DNA from: Stylophora pistillata
Lineage: Eukaryota
Direction: 5' to 3'
Assembly (NCBI RefSeq): GCF_002571385.2
Contig: NW_019218185.1
Location: 1-64,000 of the forward strand
Length of the DNA: 64,000 bases
This document shows, piece by piece, positions 1 to 13,500 of the stretch. The first letter of the stretch is position 1. Each line of letters begins with the position of its first letter. The position numbers and the translations under genes were made by a program. The notes beneath the pieces are model-generated. The model searched no databases. It was not told the origin of the DNA and was given only the letters and a program-made list of their open reading frames with translations.

Positions 1-2059
1 TTTTGGTATGTAATATTTACCAAAATTATAGAGCTTATGAGACATTAAGCGACTGTTTACCGGTAAATTTTGAATCGCGATTTGTCCGAACTTATCTTTC
101 ATTAAACACCTAAAAAGTCATATTGTGAGAACACCAAAACATTGCTTGTTCGATTGAGATCAAGGGAAGCAGGCTAGTTTTTCTAATGTGCGTGATATCT
201 GAATTTTTTTATATTATGCCATACAATCCTTTGTAATCGTGGGCTGCCATTTTTAAAGTTCTGTGGAGAAGAAATTTGATCGATGTCTCCGATTTCTGGT
301 AATGAATTTAGACCCGTTTTTTGTTATTGCTAGCTGAGTAGACTCCAACAAGGAGAAGAAGAAAATGATAAGTCCTTACGTCAGTATGCAGCTTTAGAGC
401 AAGGCCCCACGATAAAGTTTTTAAACGGTAGTCGTCAAGAAACGTTAATAGTAAAAATATTTATGGTAGCCGGAAAAAAATTAACCGGTAGCCTTAAACG
501 ACCAAAATTATATTCTTTAAACTTACGAACCATCACCCCATTGGAACCCTCCACTATTTGGTGCACCTTTATATTATTATTACTATTATTCATATATGAT
601 TTTTTTTTTGCGAGTTCAACCTCAACTGACGTCGGTGGGCCGTTGGCCGAACGCTGTTGCAACGACGCCAAGTTAAAGCGTCATCGTTGAAACCCCGATT
701 ATTTGATTATCATTCCATAAAAAATTCAAACCAAACTTAAATTGGGACTAATTCGGTTATCACCTCGGCCTATTGAAGAGACTAAACTGAAGGCGTTATC
801 CAAAGATGGCAGGCTTTAAATTGCGAAAGAAGGTATCAATTTTTTACAGAGCGAGATAGAGAAATTATATTGTACAATTCCTCTCCGCTTAAAGAACTGA
901 GCATATGCCCAAAAGTCGTATTTCCATTTCAGTGGTAATGAATTCTTTTTAGTTTGTGCACACAAATATTGCAACGTCTCCTTTTTAGTGGGCACCATCA
1001 ATTATAAATAAACCTTAACAAAAAATTGTAAATTTTAAAGTAGTTCAGTGTGATGTTCCTATTTTTAATTTTATTTTTATTTAGAATGTTCTTTTAGTGT
1101 CCACAATTAGCTTAGATTTAGCTAAATACTCTGACACTTAAATAAAGTTCATTCATTCATCTCATTTCCTTGGATTTTTTTTTTTTTAACGTAGCGACCA
1201 TTTTAACGCGCGGGGCTGACATAAATGTACTTCGTATTTAATTGAAGAACAATAACGGGGAAAAGGCGCTCTTCGGAGATAACCTAAAAGGGAACTCGCC
1301 ATCGATTACTAGATTTAGTCCTTCTTTTATCGCGCGCGTGCATTGGCACAAACATCCTTTCATCTATCTCTATCATCTTATATAGTAACAAACTGAATTT
1401 TACGCGCGTCTGCATGCTGTTCATAGCACAAATTGGATTGACTGCTACGTGATAAAGAAAAACTAAAAAACAAAGCAATCAAAACAACGCTAAAAGTATT
1501 GTGGATTACAATAATAATTATCGACGTACTTTAGGTGCTGTTTCAGAAAGCACTTTTCCCATTCGATGTAGACGACCTCTTTTATGTTAATTCAAAACTT
1601 CTCGGAGTAAGAGAATCCACCATAAAAGTGGTATCTTATACGCGTCTATATATTCAGTGGAAAAGAAGTAATGCTTATGCACAAAGTTTAAGCCGGCCAT
1701 TTTAATTTGTTCAAAAACGTTAAAGGGTCTTTCCTTTTAAATACTGTACAGACGTTGTAGAAGATGCAGGAAAAGAAGTGTGAGATGATCCGGAAGGCAG
1801 GTGTTATCGAAAAAGAGAGGCGAAACAGAAAAAAAGAAAGCAAAAACAAAAAAACCAGCTATAAAAACCATGAAAATAACTCATTGACTGACGAAACTCG
1901 TTTAAAACCAGTCATGAAAAACAAATGAACTAGATCATCGTTTTAGTGCAGAGAGATACAGCTAATTCAACGTAATAATCAGTGCTTGAGTCGGCTGTGA
2001 GGGAATCTGAAACGGAACTTCAAGGATCGTTTTTGCTGAAGTAAGGAATTAAGAAAATA

Positions 2060-2160
2060 TGACCGGGATCGGGATTAGCCGGTAGAAACCGTCGGGATCT
2101 CGGGATTGAGGAAAAATTCCGGCCGGGATGGCGGGATTGAAGAACCCTATTGGGGACCCT
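2060..2160. mobile_element. Repeat/MITE fragment with internal CGGGAT repeats abutting the TPR array
   Basis: Repeated cgggat motifs end in gaaccctattggggaccct exactly where TPR similarity stops. Confidence 0.45.
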
Positions 2161-3225
2161 GTCTAAGAGCTCTTCTTCCAAAAGCTTTCTTTTCAAATAT
2201 GTGGCACGTTTTGCAGACTCAAGAGCTGATGTGTGATCCCCTAGGGAAGTTGTGTCACTCCTTGAGAATGGTAGTTTTTAGTTTTTTCTGAGTGCTCCTT
2301 GCCGAAAAACTTTCTTCGTATGTCAAGGGCTCGCTGGCTAGGCTGATGAGCTGATACGATCACCTAAGGAATGGTGTGTGGCTCCCAGAGAATGATAGCT
2401 TTGAGCTGTGTCCGAGTGGTCCTCGCTGAAAACCTTTCTTCTTATGTCAAGGGCTCGTTGTTTAACTGAAGGGTTGATGTACGATCACCTAAGGAATGTT
2501 GTTTGACCCTATAGATTGGTAGCTTTGATCTGTGTCTGAGTGGTTGTCGCCGAATAACTTTCTTCGTATGTCAAGAGCTCGTTATTTAGACTGAAGGGCT
2601 GATATATGATCACCTAAGGATTGTTGTGTGACCCCAACAGAATGATAGCTTTGAGTTGTGTCTGAGTGTTCCTCGCCGAACAACTTTCTTCTTATGTGAA
2701 GGGCTCGCTGGCTAGACTAAGGGCTACTGTATGTTTACCTAAGGAATGCTGTATGACCCCTAAAGCATAGTAACTTTTGGCGGTGTTTGAGCCTTTCTCG
2801 CGGAATAACGCTCGTCTGATGTCCAGGGCACACTTTGCTGACTTAGTGCTGACGCATAATCACTTAGGGAATGTTGTGCGAAGGCAAGACAAAGGTAACT
2901 TTGGGCTGTGTCCGAATGTTCCTCGCCAAACAACTTTCGGGTTATGTCAAGTGCACGTTGGGAAGACTGAAGAGCTGATGCAAAGTTACCCCCGCACCTT
3001 TGTAGGCTCCCAAGTAACAAGTACATGCTAGATGTGCTAGGGTCTTGTTCTCCAAAAAGCTTTCGTGTGGTGTCTGGTGCACGTTGTGCAGACTGGAGAG
3101 CGGTGGCAAAGTCACCTGACTTGAGGTGTGAAACTACAGTTGAAATTTCATTCCTCCAGAGGCTTTGTGCTAAACAAGCGATTTCTTTCCGTTTTCTTTC
3201 CGTTTTCTATCTTGGTCAGCAACAT
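2160..3225 (-). pseudogene. Degenerate array of about 7.5 42-aa (126-bp) TPR repeats; probable 3' exon of the HEPN gene at 5100-6007
   Basis: Minus-strand translation ...ALQSSQRALDITRKLFGEEHSDTAQSY... is kinesin-light-chain/NPHP3-type TPR. Repeat anchors at 2321, 2445, 2569, 2695, 2820, 2945 and 3071 are spaced 124-126 bp, implying several frameshifts. A candidate acceptor lies near 3226. Confidence 0.85.
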
Positions 3226-3470
3226 CTGTATACAGTGAAGAAGTATCTTTAGTTGGATTATTGGGTGTCAGGTAATCATCTGTTTAAATTACAAACAAAA
3301 ATAAGGATCTATTACGGCTTTCAACGTTATGTACTTCACGGATATTTATTTTCAAAAGCTTACTTGAGGTTCTCCATGTAGTTGGCTCAAGGCTACGATT
3401 CCAATATGATGAATATTTCATAAATAACAAATTGAACAAACACTCCAAAGAACATCTCACTTTTCCAGTT

Positions 3471-3680
3471 AGCTTGTTAGCTCAGTTGGTAGAGCGCTGC
3501 ACCGATATCGCAGAGTTCATGAGTTCGAATCCCGTACAGCCTTGACATTTTTTCAGGACTGACATTTTTTCAGGCTTTATTCTCACTTCTGCTTAAGTAG
3601 TGATCATCACTGCGAAGATCGCTCTCACACTCATTTCTTTAACCGCAGGTCACATCTAAGATTGTATCATATTCACAAAT
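3471..3680 (+). repeat. tRNA-derived repeat (SINE-like, pseudo-tRNA head 3471-3542)
   Basis: A box TAGCTCAGTTGGTAGAGC and B box GTTCGAATCC are present. The anticodon arm is imperfect. It is homologous to the 33343-33415 copy, including the downstream tail (ttttttcaggc...ctgcga.gatcg...aaccgcag). Confidence 0.8.
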
Positions 3681-3714
3681 GTTCAGTAATGATTAGGTTG
3701 ATTTCAACCCCCTC

Positions 3715-3876
3715 AATAGACCACTTTCATAAATGGCTTCCGGATTAATATTCTTTTGTTTAAATTTAAATTAGCCTTTCTGGCCTCGTTCTCCAGTACA
3801 AAATTGAAAAGAATATATTATCTCAAGCGAGGCCAGAAAGGCTAATTTAAATTTAAACAAAAGAATATTAATCCGG
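3715..3876. mobile_element. Hairpin MITE, truncated by the gap
   Basis: Perfect 49-bp inverted repeat at 3740-3788 / 3828-3876. It starts with AATAGAC and the partner end falls in the Ns. Confidence 0.8.
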
Positions 3877-4494
3877 NNNNNNNNNNNNNNNNNNNNNNNN
3901 NNNNNNNNNNNNNNNNNNNNNNNNNNNNNNNNNNNNNNNNNNNNNNNNNNNNNNNNNNNNNNNNNNNNNNNNNNNNNNNNNNNNNNNNNNNNNNNNNNNN
4001 NNNNNNNNNNNNNNNNNNNNNNNNNNNNNNNNNNNNNNNNNNNNNNNNNNNNNNNNNNNNNNNNNNNNNNNNNNNNNNNNNNNNNNNNNNNNNNNNNNNN
4101 NNNNNNNNNNNNNNNNNNNNNNNNNNNNNNNNNNNNNNNNNNNNNNNNNNNNNNNNNNNNNNNNNNNNNNNNNNNNNNNNNNNNNNNNNNNNNNNNNNNN
4201 NNNNNNNNNNNNNNNNNNNNNNNNNNNNNNNNNNNNNNNNNNNNNNNNNNNNNNNNNNNNNNNNNNNNNNNNNNNNNNNNNNNNNNNNNNNNNNNNNNNN
4301 NNNNNNNNNNNNNNNNNNNNNNNNNNNNNNNNNNNNNNNNNNNNNNNNNNNNNNNNNNNNNNNNNNNNNNNNNNNNNNNNNNNNNNNNNNNNNNNNNNNN
4401 NNNNNNNNNNNNNNNNNNNNNNNNNNNNNNNNNNNNNNNNNNNNNNNNNNNNNNNNNNNNNNNNNNNNNNNNNNNNNNNNNNNNNNNNNNNNNN
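3877..4494. other. Assembly gap (618 N)
   Basis: Run of N. Confidence 1.
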
Positions 4495-4714
4495 AATAGT
4501 CCCTTTTACAGTTGTGGGCTTGGTGGCCAAGCCTTTGAACAGGAGTGAGGCTAAGGGTGACCCTGTTGTGATAGAGACCTGTATCTAGTTAGCATGATAA
4601 CAAAGTAATTTGCATTTGAAAAGCAGCAACATCTCTATCATAACAAGGTCACCCTAAGCCTCACTCCTGTTCAAAGGTTTGGCCACCAAGCCCACAACTG
4701 TGAAAAGGACTATT
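4495..4714. mobile_element. Palindromic MITE (about 85-bp imperfect TIRs, AATAGTCC...GGACTATT)
   Basis: aatagtcccttttacagttgtgggcttggtggccaagcctttgaacaggagtgaggct is matched in reverse at the right end. Confidence 0.85.
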
Positions 4715-5099
4715 GCTTCCTGGGTAGATTGTGGTTAATTATCAGGCAAATAATGATAAAGAAAATAAAAAACAAAAAAAGGCATCTTACGATATTTCAC
4801 TTTGAGAGCTGGGCACACATTGTGCAATGCACTTTTAAATGGTTACAAAATTTTCCATGATCTCCTCCGCATTTTTTTATATGAAGCGCTAGAATCTTCT
4901 AAAAAAGGGACTAGTTTCGTTTCTTAAAACCACAAGGATAAGCACTTAATTTTACGGTGAAAGCCCTTTACTTCGACGTTCGTCTGGACATGAAAGCAGT
5001 TTTGTCGCAAACTTTTCCGATAGGATGTACAGGGTTTTAAAGTGAGGAAAAGACGATTAAATCATAAAAAGAGTTTAACGAAGCGACCTTAACTAAAAC

Positions 5100-6007
5100 C
5101 ACAGGCATCAAACATTTGAAGTCGAAACTGAATAAGTATTCACCTAGCAAGTTCAAAGCTGCCCCCTGTTTTTAAGTGGTCACTTGTGCCAGCATGTTTC
5201 GAAAGTCGTCTTTAGTTGGCAATTCTTCCATTTTGTGACTGAAGGCTTTTAAATCCGAGCTGATGTCCTCCACACGTTGTTGTAGAAAACTGATTTGTTG
5301 ATGTTGAAATTGATTCTGTAGTTGTAGAAAACTTATCTGTTGTTATTGTAATTTATTCTTTTCTTGTAGAAAACTTACATGAGCCCGATATTCCTCTTTG
5401 ATACGTTCTTAGTTTACGAACCTCATTTGTGGGAAATTCTGACTCTGTTAAACCACCAATGGCATCAATAGGGTCCTTCTTGACACCAAGAGCATTGAAT
5501 GCGTCTGTAGCGTGCTGCACGTAGCTTTCACAATTTCAGAGGAGTGCGAGTGACAAAGCGAATTTCTTAAAAGTCGAAGGTGATCAGTTGCAAGAGCAAA
5601 CATTTCAGCATTGTTTCCACTCAGGCTCGTTACCGATGCATGGAACACTCCATGAGCCATTTTTAGAGGTTTCACAAACAGCTCCCCAAGTGTCTTGAGA
5701 TGACCTCTACTGTCGAGCAAAGCAAAGGACTTGGCGTAAATGGTGGCCTTGACCAGAGCGGTGTTATCTCATTCTTCATAGGAGAGGTTTGTGGAAGCTT
5801 GAGATTTTTGGGGCTACCCTCTGAAGCGAGAAATAATATTCTCTCGACAAGGGAGTCATCCCACAGTTGATGACCGGAAAGATGTGTCAAGCTGTTGTCC
5901 CACATGGACTTGAAAGTCTGAAGTGAGGCCTTTGGGAACTCATTCACTACAATGAAGGCGAATTTGAGATAGTTTAACTGCTCGTCCCGATATGGTTGTA
6001 GCGCCAT
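5100..6007 (-). pseudogene. DZIP3-like HEPN domain plus coiled coil, frameshifted
   Basis: ORF pieces MALQPYRDEQLNYLKFAFIVVNEFPK...MWD and ...LRLLRNSLCHS (HEPN R-x4-H motif) are in different frames. They are followed by a Q-rich coil (FLQQRVEDISSDLK). Confidence 0.7.
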
Positions 6008-8935
6008 CTTGTTTCAGTGGCAACCTCCAAGGTTATAAAGTATACTTTTTAAACCTTGGCAATCTGAAGAACGATATGGATTTGCAATAAGATAATCACC
6101 GGTAAAACAGATTGGCTAATAAATATATTTAGCATTTAAAGGCATCCTGATGGGAAATAGTATCTTTGGTATTTACGGATCACGTATACTCGGTATAAAA
6201 CATCCCGCAGTCGTGCCCGCATAATTTGATCGGCAGTGGAATAATATTGCAATGAATTGATACCAATGATAGGACAACTGTTATGCTGTGAACGTGAGTG
6301 ACGTTATTAAAAAGCCCAAACGTTTCTCAAATGCACAGGGCTGTATAGGGTAAGTTGAGTGTTCTTTCTCTTATCGCCTCTCAGCGAAGTCTAATTCTTG
6401 TTCAGGGTTTGGTTGATATGCTTCCTCAGGATTATTCAATATAAGGGTGAATCAATGGCAGGGACTTGAGTTTGTAACATTGATGTAAATGTATTCCCAG
6501 TGAGGTCTGATTTCGAAAGCAGTGTTAAAAAATAGCGGCCAACAAACTAAAAGAGGAAAGCTGTTTTCTTTTTGTAGAGGACGGTAGACAATTTACATAG
6601 ATTAAAGACTTGCACAATAGACTAGCATACGATGTTCTCGTTTGTTTTTTCTTTTTAGCTTCGTTTCTTAATGGTTTAACAACTTTCTTTTACTTGATAG
6701 GTTTATTGACCACACTGATCAACATTGAAATCAAAATATTTTTAGTATTAGCTGTAATTTTTCGCCTGAGCTCTTGTTCACAAACAATGTGCAATCAGTT
6801 GTATCAAAACTTCTGTCTTTCTAGATAACATGGATTTCCATTTTTGCATTCAATATCTGGATTTGTTGTCATCAACCTAGGTATACTCTACACGAACTAT
6901 CCCGCGCTCAGTTTCACAATTTGCTCAGACATTTTGTCCAGTTTCATCACTGCTTTGGCGCCTAACGGCGCGAATTACATCGAGGCGTAAAGTTAAACAC
7001 TCCTTCAAAATCCTCTGGCTATAATAAAACATCAATAACCTGAAACTGTTTGAAATAGTTATAATATGGAGCCATTATCTTCTTGTAATTAGCACATCTT
7101 GTAATTGTAAAAGATGTGCTTTGAATATCATGTAACATTCTTGTCTTGTAACCCACATGTTTATTTACTCGTTTCATCTATTGCTTAGTATAATAAGAGT
7201 TCTTTTTGTTGTCACCACATCGTTTTGCTCGACCTACCTTCAGGACAACTGCGAGTGAAATCAGTCGTATGAGACTACCAGTTCAAATAGCGCCGGTCGA
7301 CATTAATTACTCTACATTGAGATTGAGTCAGTCACCAGATACGGCGTTGAAACTAAGCGGGCTGTGGCTTTGAAAACTTCAAAACTATCGAGAATCTTTG
7401 AACCAAGCATTGGAGTCTTAAATTTCACACCTGAAATTTCAACACAATGTTGATGAACAATAAAAGGACATCAGCTCCATAACTACCCTAAGATAAAAAT
7501 GAAAAAAACAAACCGACAAATAAACTAAAGCTCAAAGACATTCAACAAGATTCAAACTTCATCGTACTTTCCATGAAATGGAAACCGAAAACTGTTGGGA
7601 AACAGCGGAAGTTTCGAGTAATCAGCATTCCAACTTACCCATATTGGTGGAGACCGGCTTTGTTGCATAATTTGCTCATTGAATGATTAACTTGTAGTGG
7701 GTCTATAAAATTACCTTAATCGAAGATATCAAGGTTGAAGTCGTCATAAAGAAAAGTTTTAGGATGGTAACAAATTATAGGGTAACGTTTAACAGACGAA
7801 GTCTGCAAAGTCATGTGATGAGTGGAATTTCCCTTACGCAACAACTGTATGCAATGAATGAAAGCCACAGGTTTACCATAAGTTCGCTGTACCGTGTCGT
7901 ATAATGCAAGCCCACAGATCACCAGTGGATGGTCACATAGTTTACTTAAGTCTCTATAAGTAGCGATCTTATATACCGTAGACTTTGAAACTTTTCGTCA
8001 TGATGACTAAAAGTTTCTAAAGGGGGATTCTTATGACAGCACAAATATTGTTAAAAACCTGAAAAAGGTACTCGCCAGGTTCAAGTGGCTACAAACAGTT
8101 ATGCATTAGGGTTGGGGACTTAATTGAAATATGCAGCTTTGAGATTAAGGGTACATTCATCAGCTGTTAAATAAGCTTCACGAAGACAAAATCAATTTTT
8201 AGTCCTGAGCGAGACGCGTCTCGCTTCAGGGAGAAATGGAAATGATGGATTTTGAACTTAAAAATCTTCTCAGGACGGAAAGGAAATGCTTTAAGCTAGC
8301 GAGGTATTGTTTAAGGGTAGCAAGTGATAAAATCAGAGACAAAAGCGCTTTGGTAGAACTAAAACTTGAGACATCTAAGGGACTGATTTATATTGGAGCA
8401 CTTTCGTCATTTTCAATCAGGCCAACCNGTTTGTATAGTATTAAATATATTAACCAGTAGTTTCACTAGCAACCTTTGTGGCTTCCCTTGGTGTTGATGT
8501 ATGGGATCCCATGAAAATGGGTTCCCACTCCACTGATGAGCAAACTCGTGATCAGTGGGTAAAAAAGGAACAAAGCGTATGCAAGGGTGGGATTGAGTGT
8601 GTAAAATGAACATAAAAGTTAGGTGTTAAAATTGAGGGAGCGACTTCTGTAACAACAGCACGCTCCTAAACTCAATTTAAATTTTTTTTTTTAATTAGCT
8701 TTTTGTGTGTGTGCGTTTTTTTTTTCTTTTCGAACTACTATTTAGTAGAATTAGCTTTGGAAGGTAGGTTGGTACATCGAAAAATTACTCAATTTCGGCA
8801 ATACCTCTTTTAAGTCCATATACTCCGTGACAGCAGCCAGAAGTAGAGCAGCTTGCTTTAAGGATCTCTACGGGCTAAAGGCATTGAAGCCTCCATCACA
8901 AAAAAAGAAAAAAAAAAAAAACATGCGAATAATCA

Positions 8936-9139
8936 ATTTTACAAATGTGCTTAGTTGCCAAGCCATTGAACAGAAGTGACGCTATACCTGCCTGATATAA
9001 TAGAGACATTAAGAAAATACTCATGTACATAATTGACAAGCAACAATGTTGCTATCAAACTAGGGTCAACTGAAAGCTTAGTTTTGTGCAAAGGCTGGGC
9101 AACTACTTGAAAGCACACTATACTGTAAAGTAGACTATT
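8936..9139. mobile_element. Degenerate relative of the 4495-4714 MITE
   Basis: ttttaca..tgtgcttagttgccaagccattgaacagaagtga...ctgtaaagtagactatt resembles both arms of that element. Confidence 0.55.
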
Positions 9140-10555
9140 AACTCAACAAGTTCAGAACAGGTAGACACCTATACATTACATTGCACACCCTACTTAACAT
9201 AATCACTCCTAAAAAAATTATTCAAATCACCGTTTTTGATGCATTGTCTTTAATTTTATGAATACACATTTGCCTTAAACATACCATATATTAAGTTTCT
9301 CTTTACTGTTCAGTTTACTTTGCACATAATTTAAGGATTCGCATGATCACTTTACATATAAAACAGTTTTCTTACTGCAATAAATAACACCAATATATTA
9401 AATAATATTCATATTATTTATCATCACACAATATTAAGAAACTTCAACCTGAGAATAAAAGGCCCTTAAAAAAACAGAGAAACCTTATTAATCTTTAAGA
9501 AAATAACTAAAACATTACAATCTTTATTTTCTTTAAGGTGACTACATTCATCAGCAAACAAAGACAGAATTAATTCTGTAACTGATAAAATGGACAATTG
9601 ATCAAAGGAAAGGCCCTGATATCAAGAGAATACAAAACAAAACAAAACAAGCTTTCATCCAGGTTATAAACAAAAAAAAGTCAGAATAATCTCAAGGTCA
9701 CAATAAAAAAACTTCAGCCTACTGTAAGTTTTATTTTGGTTTACTTTCAGTTTTTTTTTGGAGGCAGTGCAGCCAAATGGCTGAATGTGTGGTTTGCTAG
9801 TCACAGATTCATGCCCTAACACCCTACTTTCCACTAAATTTGTCCTACATTGGCTTTTATAAGTTCAATTCCTTAGCTGCACCAAATAAATATAGCCAAA
9901 AGGACTATGTCTAACCAACTGGGATTTTTAATCAAATTTTGTTTATGTGGAAATTTTTTCCCTATTTGTGTTGTCCCTGAAAAGCCCCCATTGGAGCTTA
10001 TTACTAAATTTTCAAGAGTGTACATAGGGATTCCCTAATCATGAGAGGTTCTTTAAGCTTGTTAGATGCAAAATCATTTTCTTTCACTTAAAAATCAACA
10101 GTGCTATAAATAACATTTTTCTTTGTAACTCAATCTGTTGTAAATAACTTATTTATAACAAATTTTACATCAAAAAAGATAAATTAGTATTAAATAATAG
10201 AGTTTTTGTAGATAACTTTCTTCCCTCCTTTAAATAACTTTTAGGTTTTTTTTTTTAAGAATCTCATGCCTTGGATTAATTTTCATTGGCATTTAGTGCA
10301 CTCATAACATGCCCACCTTTTTACACTACAGACCATGGTCTAGAATTTTTTCAGTGCCATTTGTAGCAAAGCAGAAAAATGCAAACCAGCAGGAAAAAAG
10401 ATGGTTAACAAGTCTTTGAGATTGGTCAGTGTGGGAAAAATGTGACCTTTATAGTTGTTGAGTACTACCCTTTTCCCATACCAACCCTCGATCCACCTGG
10501 TAGATAACAGATACTAGTATGCATTTTGAACCTACAAATTCTGATTGTTTTTCCT

Positions 10556-13500
10556 CTACTTGTTGTTATTAATAAATTCCTCCTCTGGAGGCTCAAGCCC
10601 AGTATGCAATGTGATTTGTACATTACGACTCAAACTAAATGCTGCATAAAATGCCTCTGAAGTATCAGGGAGTCGCATGAGACCTCTTTTCTGGTCATTC
10701 AAATAGTATGTCACTTTGTGGTTTGGTATGTCCAGTAATACTCCAATAACAGAACCAACCTCAACCCCACCATCACGGCGATTGGAGTGTTCATTGTTGT
10801 GGCGAAACCAGCTTCGACTGCTATCAATGTACATACACCATGCCTTGTCATCTTTTCCCAGAATGGAATCCTTGATGGTGCTCGCTAAGGCAACACCAAC
10901 AGCAGGATCAGGGTTTCCATCATAACGATCAATGGTCACCTCCCAGTAGTGACAGCCTCTGGAAAAACCAATGTTACCCAGCACAACCCTGTCATCAAAA
11001 CTGGTGCATGTTGTTGTTGTGTCATCATTTGTAAGAACTATGTCTGGATGGGCAGTTGCAGGATCCAGAGAGAACCAGGCAACTGAAATACAGGGGAAAA
11101 AATAAGCATAAGTATGTAGTTGAGCACTTCAAGGCCAGACTTGCTGTCCTCTTGAATAGCTTTGTTGCAAATTTATCTTAAAGGACTGACCCCTAGAAGA
11201 GTCGTATCTATACCTGTCTATCAAAGGTCATGAAAACTGAACCCCTGCAAAATGTCCTTTCCACCACCCCCTTAGCGCACTTAAAGGGTTAAGTCATGCT
11301 CAGAACTAAATTGTTTCACTTTAAATTGCTCTGCAATTATACCCAAATTTTTTTATGAATTAAAGACCAGATCATATAGTTTACAAAAAATTCTTCCAAA
11401 CCAACAAATTTGAACTACTTGAATTTGCACATTTCATTGGGGAGACTCTGAGAAATGAAGAAAACATTTCACTCGAATATGTAACAGTTACTGTCTTTTA
11501 ATTCCTCACCGTCAGATGTTGTCAAATACACCTCATCACTTGGTGCACCCTCTCCAGCTTTGTTAAAACCCTTGACTCTTGCTCGGTACGTTGAGTTAAA
11601 CTGTAGGCCAGATACAGTGCATTCCAAACAACTCCCGCGATAAACCTCCAGGAAATTGTCCTCTTTACCACTTGAAGTACCATCATCAATCTCAACCACA
11701 TAGCCATCCACACAGCTCTGTTTGATGCGAGGTCTCCATGATAATGTGATGGCATTGTTTGTGACCGTGCATTCATCTGGAACTATTTCTGGAGCTATTG
11801 GGGCTGCAAAGAAAATTTATAAACAAGTAAATAAATAAATAAATAAATAAAATGGAGGACGCTATAAGGAGCTATTTTTGGTCAAACATATCACACACAG
11901 TAAATGTTGGTTTCTTAATTTCTATAACAACTGCATTCATGGATACATGGATGGTTCCAAAATACACTTTTTTTTTTGTAAACCACCAACAGCTAATACA
12001 CCATTAACACACTTGCAAAACATGTTCAGCTAAATGTACTGGATTTAACTGGATGATAATCAGACACAATCAAAACTGAAAACCTGAATTTTCCATAGGT
12101 TTTAAGAAGTCACTAACTTCTTGAAGTTTCGATGAGCTAAATATGAGGTTGACAAAAATCAGTTAAAGAAGCTGTTACTATGAAGAAAACACTTTTCAAC
12201 CATGTTTGACAAAACAGCTTTTAAACATGTTAATGATTTGAATTGGTGTGAATGAGGTATAAGTCTCAAATATCACAGAATTGTTTGTTTACCTTTGAGT
12301 TCTATGAAGTGCAAATCATGGAGGGCTTGTATTGCCCCTGATGTGTCCAAAGTCAATTCCAGTTCCACACCAGTAGTTGGTTCAAGTTTTACTTCTTTTG
12401 ACCACTGATTAATAATGTTCAAAATTCTGTGATTGTGTAGAAGAAAATAGAAAATGAATAAATTAATAGCTGCTCAATCAGACAGTAACTTTTAAGCTTG
12501 AGTGCTATGTACTGGAATAAAATGTTCCTTGCAATATAATAACAAGCTCAATTTTGGTACCGGCTGGTACCTCCTTATTCACAACTTCACTTCTCAAGCA
12601 GTAATCATTGTCTTACAACCAATATTTAAAAAAATCAACTCACCTTCCATTTAGAGAGTTTGCAACCTGGAAAGATAATAATAAAATCATTATAGACCCA
12701 TCAGGATCAATTTATCCACATTCATATAAATTCTCCCAAATTTCTGCAATTAACAACCACCATCATTGATCAAATGATTTTATATCTCAAAAACATTCTT
12801 ACCAACAGAAAAGAGGCTGCATCTGTTCCCTGTAAACATTCATGAGCATATTGCAGAACCCCTGCCACTTTTTTACCCTTTTCTTCACAGGCTTTGATTT
12901 GCTCTTTGACCTTCTGCATCTTAGAGTTCATCTCTGTTGTGATGGCTTCAATTAACTCCACTTTACGCTGCTGTATGAAATTTATCAATGAATCACATTG
13001 AGCTACCACACTGGCTTCAAACTCCAAACCATTTTCCTGGAAAAAGGAAATTTGAGAAATGAATGGATGAATGGATGATGAATGATTTTAATAACCTGAC
13101 CCCTATTAATTGAGAATGGTTAATCATTAGTGTGTATTGCATGACTTTGAATGACATATAGATGTACATGTTTGTTGAGTTTGCATACTATAGGCTTAAA
13201 AAAAACAGTTGAATTAAGCACATGGCCATAAAGTCCTTGGGTTCTTTTTGCCGCACTCCTCCTGTTCTGGCACTTTGCTCGTTAATTCCCAAGATCCAAT
13301 TGTTAACTCTCCCTTGTAGCTACTAAACATTTCCTGTTAAATTAGTTGGGAGAATTTGAGGTAAGATCAAGATATCACCAACCAGATAAGTTTTTGGACT
13401 CTCATTACCTGTTTGTTGAATAATTTATGGTTATTATAGGGAGAAGTTGCATGTTAATCACTCATGGGAGCATTAATACTCTCAAGTATCCTACTTTTGA

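Noticed and set aside
330-410. Possible hammerhead/Penelope remnant (ctgagtagactccaacaaggag); similar trace near 56620-56660
   Set aside because: Too degenerate, with no TSD or second copy to support it.
2160-3110. CRISPR-like or satellite array
   Set aside because: The ~126-bp unit translates to TPR repeats, and the context is eukaryotic.
3868-4530. 220-aa ORF
   Set aside because: Almost entirely N gap.
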